Shown one piece after another: positions 60,957-64,000 of a stretch of DNA of 64,000 nt. Every line of letters begins with the position of its first letter. Within the stretch, counting starts at the first letter, position 1. The position numbers and the translations under genes are program-made. The notes under the pieces are model-generated. The model saw only the letters and a program-made list of their open reading frames with translations. It ran no database searches and had not been told where the DNA came from. The DNA is from Monocercomonoides exilis PA203. Taxonomy: Eukaryota; Protista; Preaxostyla. The stretch lies in assembly GCA_001643675.2 (NCBI GenBank), contig LSRY02000034.1, forward strand, positions 930,001 to 994,000, read 5' to 3'.

Positions 60957-63016
60957 CTTTGAAAATACGTTGTTGGAAAACAATGCAATTTTTCAATTTA
61001 AAAAATAAAACAAAAAACATCGAAATTGGCAAAAAAATTGATGAAACGAAAAACTCAAAATTCTTGTATTAAAATATAGATTTTTCATACGTCCAAATTT
61101 AACATCGAGTTTTTGAAAGAAATATTGCGAAAAGAAATGATTTATTATCCAGTTAATATTGTAATGGAATGCTTGATCATTGGGTTTTCAAAAAATTTGA
61201 TATTTTCAAACGAATAAAACATATGGCATGTGCTTATTTGATGATAGAATTCGACAATATCGAAAAAGAGAAACAGTTCGAATTTTCTTTGAAAAAACCC
61301 ATTAAAAATGGATTATTTTTTCTTTTGATGATTTGGAATTTCACTACAAAGACTTTGTTCGGGGAAATTAAAGAGCAAATAATTATTTTGACCATTTGGT
61401 GCACTTTTGTGGAAGCAAACTTGACTTTGAAATGCTCACATTCAGGAAATAAATGAACGATTGTAAATAATAAATGTTTGTTGAATTTATATGTGAATAG
61501 TTCTTTCTTTGAATAGTCATTAATTTTGTTGTCTGTCTTCTGAATTATTTTTGAAAACTTATTATAGCGTGAAAAAACAGAAATTGGAAAAAGAATAAAA
61601 AAGAATGCTGAAAATGTTATCAGAATTGTCCAGCGAAAACGAAAAAGAACTGAACATGTTTGAAAGAAGGAATACATATGTAAGCGTAAACATATGGGAC
61701 AATATTTGAAGAAGAACGAAGAGAATGCGACATTTTTGCAAACAGTATTCTCAAATCACAAGTATAGAACCAATTTTTGAAAAGAAAAGTCGGTGCATTT
61801 GCGGTGAACTTCGAAAGCCAATATTGAGCGCCATTGATGAACGAGAAGGGTGAAATGATTTGATGATTGTTGATTCTTTGCAGATTTTTGATTTGGTATT
61901 TCTTGCTGATGGATAAAACTGTATAAAATTGAAGATACAGCAGACAAATTACTTCAAATTATTAATTTTTATTTTTTTATTATATATTAAGTAAAGGTCT
62001 CAAATCGAAGCGCTTGGAGAAGGAAAAGATTTTTGGAAGGAGATATTTCAGATATCTGTTAGCAAAATTTTGAAAACAGAAGGAATGAAAATTTTTCATT
62101 GAAAACGTGCAATGCAAATGAAATAAGGTATTGAAAACTCCTTGATTGTTATTGCTGAAGGTTGCTGTAACATTTTTGAAGCGATTATTTATTTATTTAT
62201 TTTTGTTTGTTTTCAATGCGAGAGATTCAATTGTTTTTAGAGGAGGGGAAAGTTGTTTTTCCACAGCAAAGGCAGCAAGCTCCCATTTATTGGAACAACA
62301 GTTTGAATGGTGAATGATGAACTTCTTTGAGAAGGCTTTTCATTTTTTGTTTGTGAACTCAGATCAAACCAGCTAAGAAGATAAAGGGATGAAAAAAGCA
62401 AATAAAAATAACATATTCAGATGAACCGACAGGAAAACGTTGTGGAAATTCATCAGCCGAAGATTTATCTGCATCAACATCATTCCATCTGATAATGCGC
62501 CAGTTGCAGCAGAAACATTTCAATGGCCAATGACTGTTTCATTCAACACACAAAATGTTTTTGCTGTTTGTGCTGTTAATTTTGGTGATTCTCGTTTTGC
62601 CGAATATTCATCAAGAAATACAGCTGACTTCTTCTCATATGACTCAACTTCCCTACGAGCCACTCCAACAAAGAGAGAAATTTTATTCACAAGATCTGTT
62701 CATCTTCTTCTTCATGTTTTATTGCTGACAGCCGTATTTGACTATCTTCTTCTGCTTCGTCTTCCTAATTTTTTTGGATACGAAATGAGCGAAAACTGAG
62801 CTAATCTGATAAAAATCCATCCTTTTTGAGCATTGATCAAAAAGACATCGCTTTTGGAGATTCTTTTTTTGGAAAACGTTTCTGACCTTCACATCAGCAC
62901 ATAAGAATGAAACAAGGAGAAGATGAGAAAAGATTAAAAAAGCTTCATGGAGAAGACAAGAAAATCAGCCCAACCGAAAAGATAGACAAGTCACTTTCAC
63001 AGAAACGCATCTGAAC

Positions 63017-63218
63017 CTTCTTCTTCTTCTTCTTCTTCTTCTTCTTCTTCCTCTTCCTCTTCCTCTTCCTCTTCCTCTTCCTCTTCCTCTTCCTCTTCCT
63101 CTTCCTCTTCCTCTTCCTCTTCCTCTTCCTCTTCCTCTTCCTCTTCCTCTTCCTCTTCCTCTTCCTCTTCCTCTTCCTCTTCCTCTTCCTCTTCCTCTTC
63201 CTCTTCCTCTTCCTCTTC
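63017..63218. repeat. (TTC)n/(TCTTCC)n microsatellite
   Basis: Directly visible. Confidence 0.95.
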
Positions 63219-63670
63219 AGCGCTTGCAACCGATCTTTCAGATGCCTCGGTGGCAGCGGTGCCATACACTTCTGCATCAGCATTGCATAACATCGAGAGG
63301 CGACTGCGGATTGTTGAATCTGAAGAATGTGAGGAATTTGCAAATCACAAAAAGTCATTGCTGATAGCTCTGCTGATGCTGCTGGGATTTGTTGTGGTGC
63401 AGCGGGTGGTGCTGTGTTGGGTGGTGCGCATGTATACAACATGGCACTTTTGGTAATGCTTTCTGTTCCGCTTGTGGCTCAGCTTCAGTCGCTTGCCACA
63501 TCGAAGGTGATCACGAAGTCGGGGAGCAAGCTGACGTTCGCGGAGGAGGATATGAATGAATTTCCTTCAATCGACGATCGGTTTGACCCTTCGCTGCTGC
63601 CGTCGGTGAAAGCGCTGCTGGTGTCGCTATCTCCGCAGCCGAAGAGTGTTGTGGTGAAAGCAGTGCGAAG
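63215..63670 (+). pseudogene. IQCH-like fragment, copy 4
   Basis: [52 protein letters not shown]. Confidence 0.65.
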
Positions 63671-63844
63671 AAGCCGAGGAAGGAAAAGGAGGAGGGGAAG
63701 AAATACATAAAGAGAAAAATTGCATAGTAGATGGGAAAGACGAGTGTGATGCTTTGATGATACTGGCCAATAATAGACACTGTTTGAAGAAAAAGCAGGA
63801 GAAGATGAAAAATGGAGGGAAAAATATGGCGAAGAATAAGAATA

Positions 63845-63899
63845 AGAAGAAGAAGAAGAAGAAGCAAAGAAGGAGAAAGATGATAATGATGATGATGAT

Positions 63900-63930
<31 letters not shown>

Positions 63931-64000
63931 AAGAAGGAGAAGGAGAAGGAGAAGGAGAAGGTGAAGGTGAAGGTGAAGGTGAAGGTGAAGGTGAAGGTGA
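63845..64000. repeat. GAA/GAT/GAG/GAAGGT purine-rich tract
   Basis: Directly visible; runs off the window end. Confidence 0.95.

Overview
AT-rich eukaryotic DNA with short GT-AG introns, long poly-Ser/poly-Glu microsatellites and many pseudogenes. The style and gene families suggest an oxymonad such as Monocercomonoides (inference), using the standard genetic code. Apparently intact host genes are an RPA2-like OB-fold gene, a METTL13/EEF1AKMT4-like methyltransferase, a ~2,680-aa TmcB/C-type membrane protein ending in a hemerythrin-like domain, a 42x30-aa repeat protein and a lineage-specific helical protein. The rest is mobile or degraded DNA: the 3' half of a DIRS retrotransposon, Tc1/mariner- and piggyBac-type foldback elements, a Sola-like transposase relic, four IQCH fragments bounded by microsatellites and a CFAP65 pseudogene. 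The standout is a 5,149-bp element (25661-30809) with 1,345-bp terminal inverted repeats. Each repeat ends in a ~248-nt self-folding branched hairpin and carries an 83-aa ORF plus iteron-like repeats. The repeats flank one intronless AEP primase-polymerase/SF3-helicase gene, with no transposase, integrase, pPolB, HUH Rep or capsid gene. It looks like an integrated minimal linear replicon. A vault-RNA/tRNA-like Pol III gene sits next to a cluster of telomeric motifs. All domain calls come from motif recognition by eye; no searches were run.
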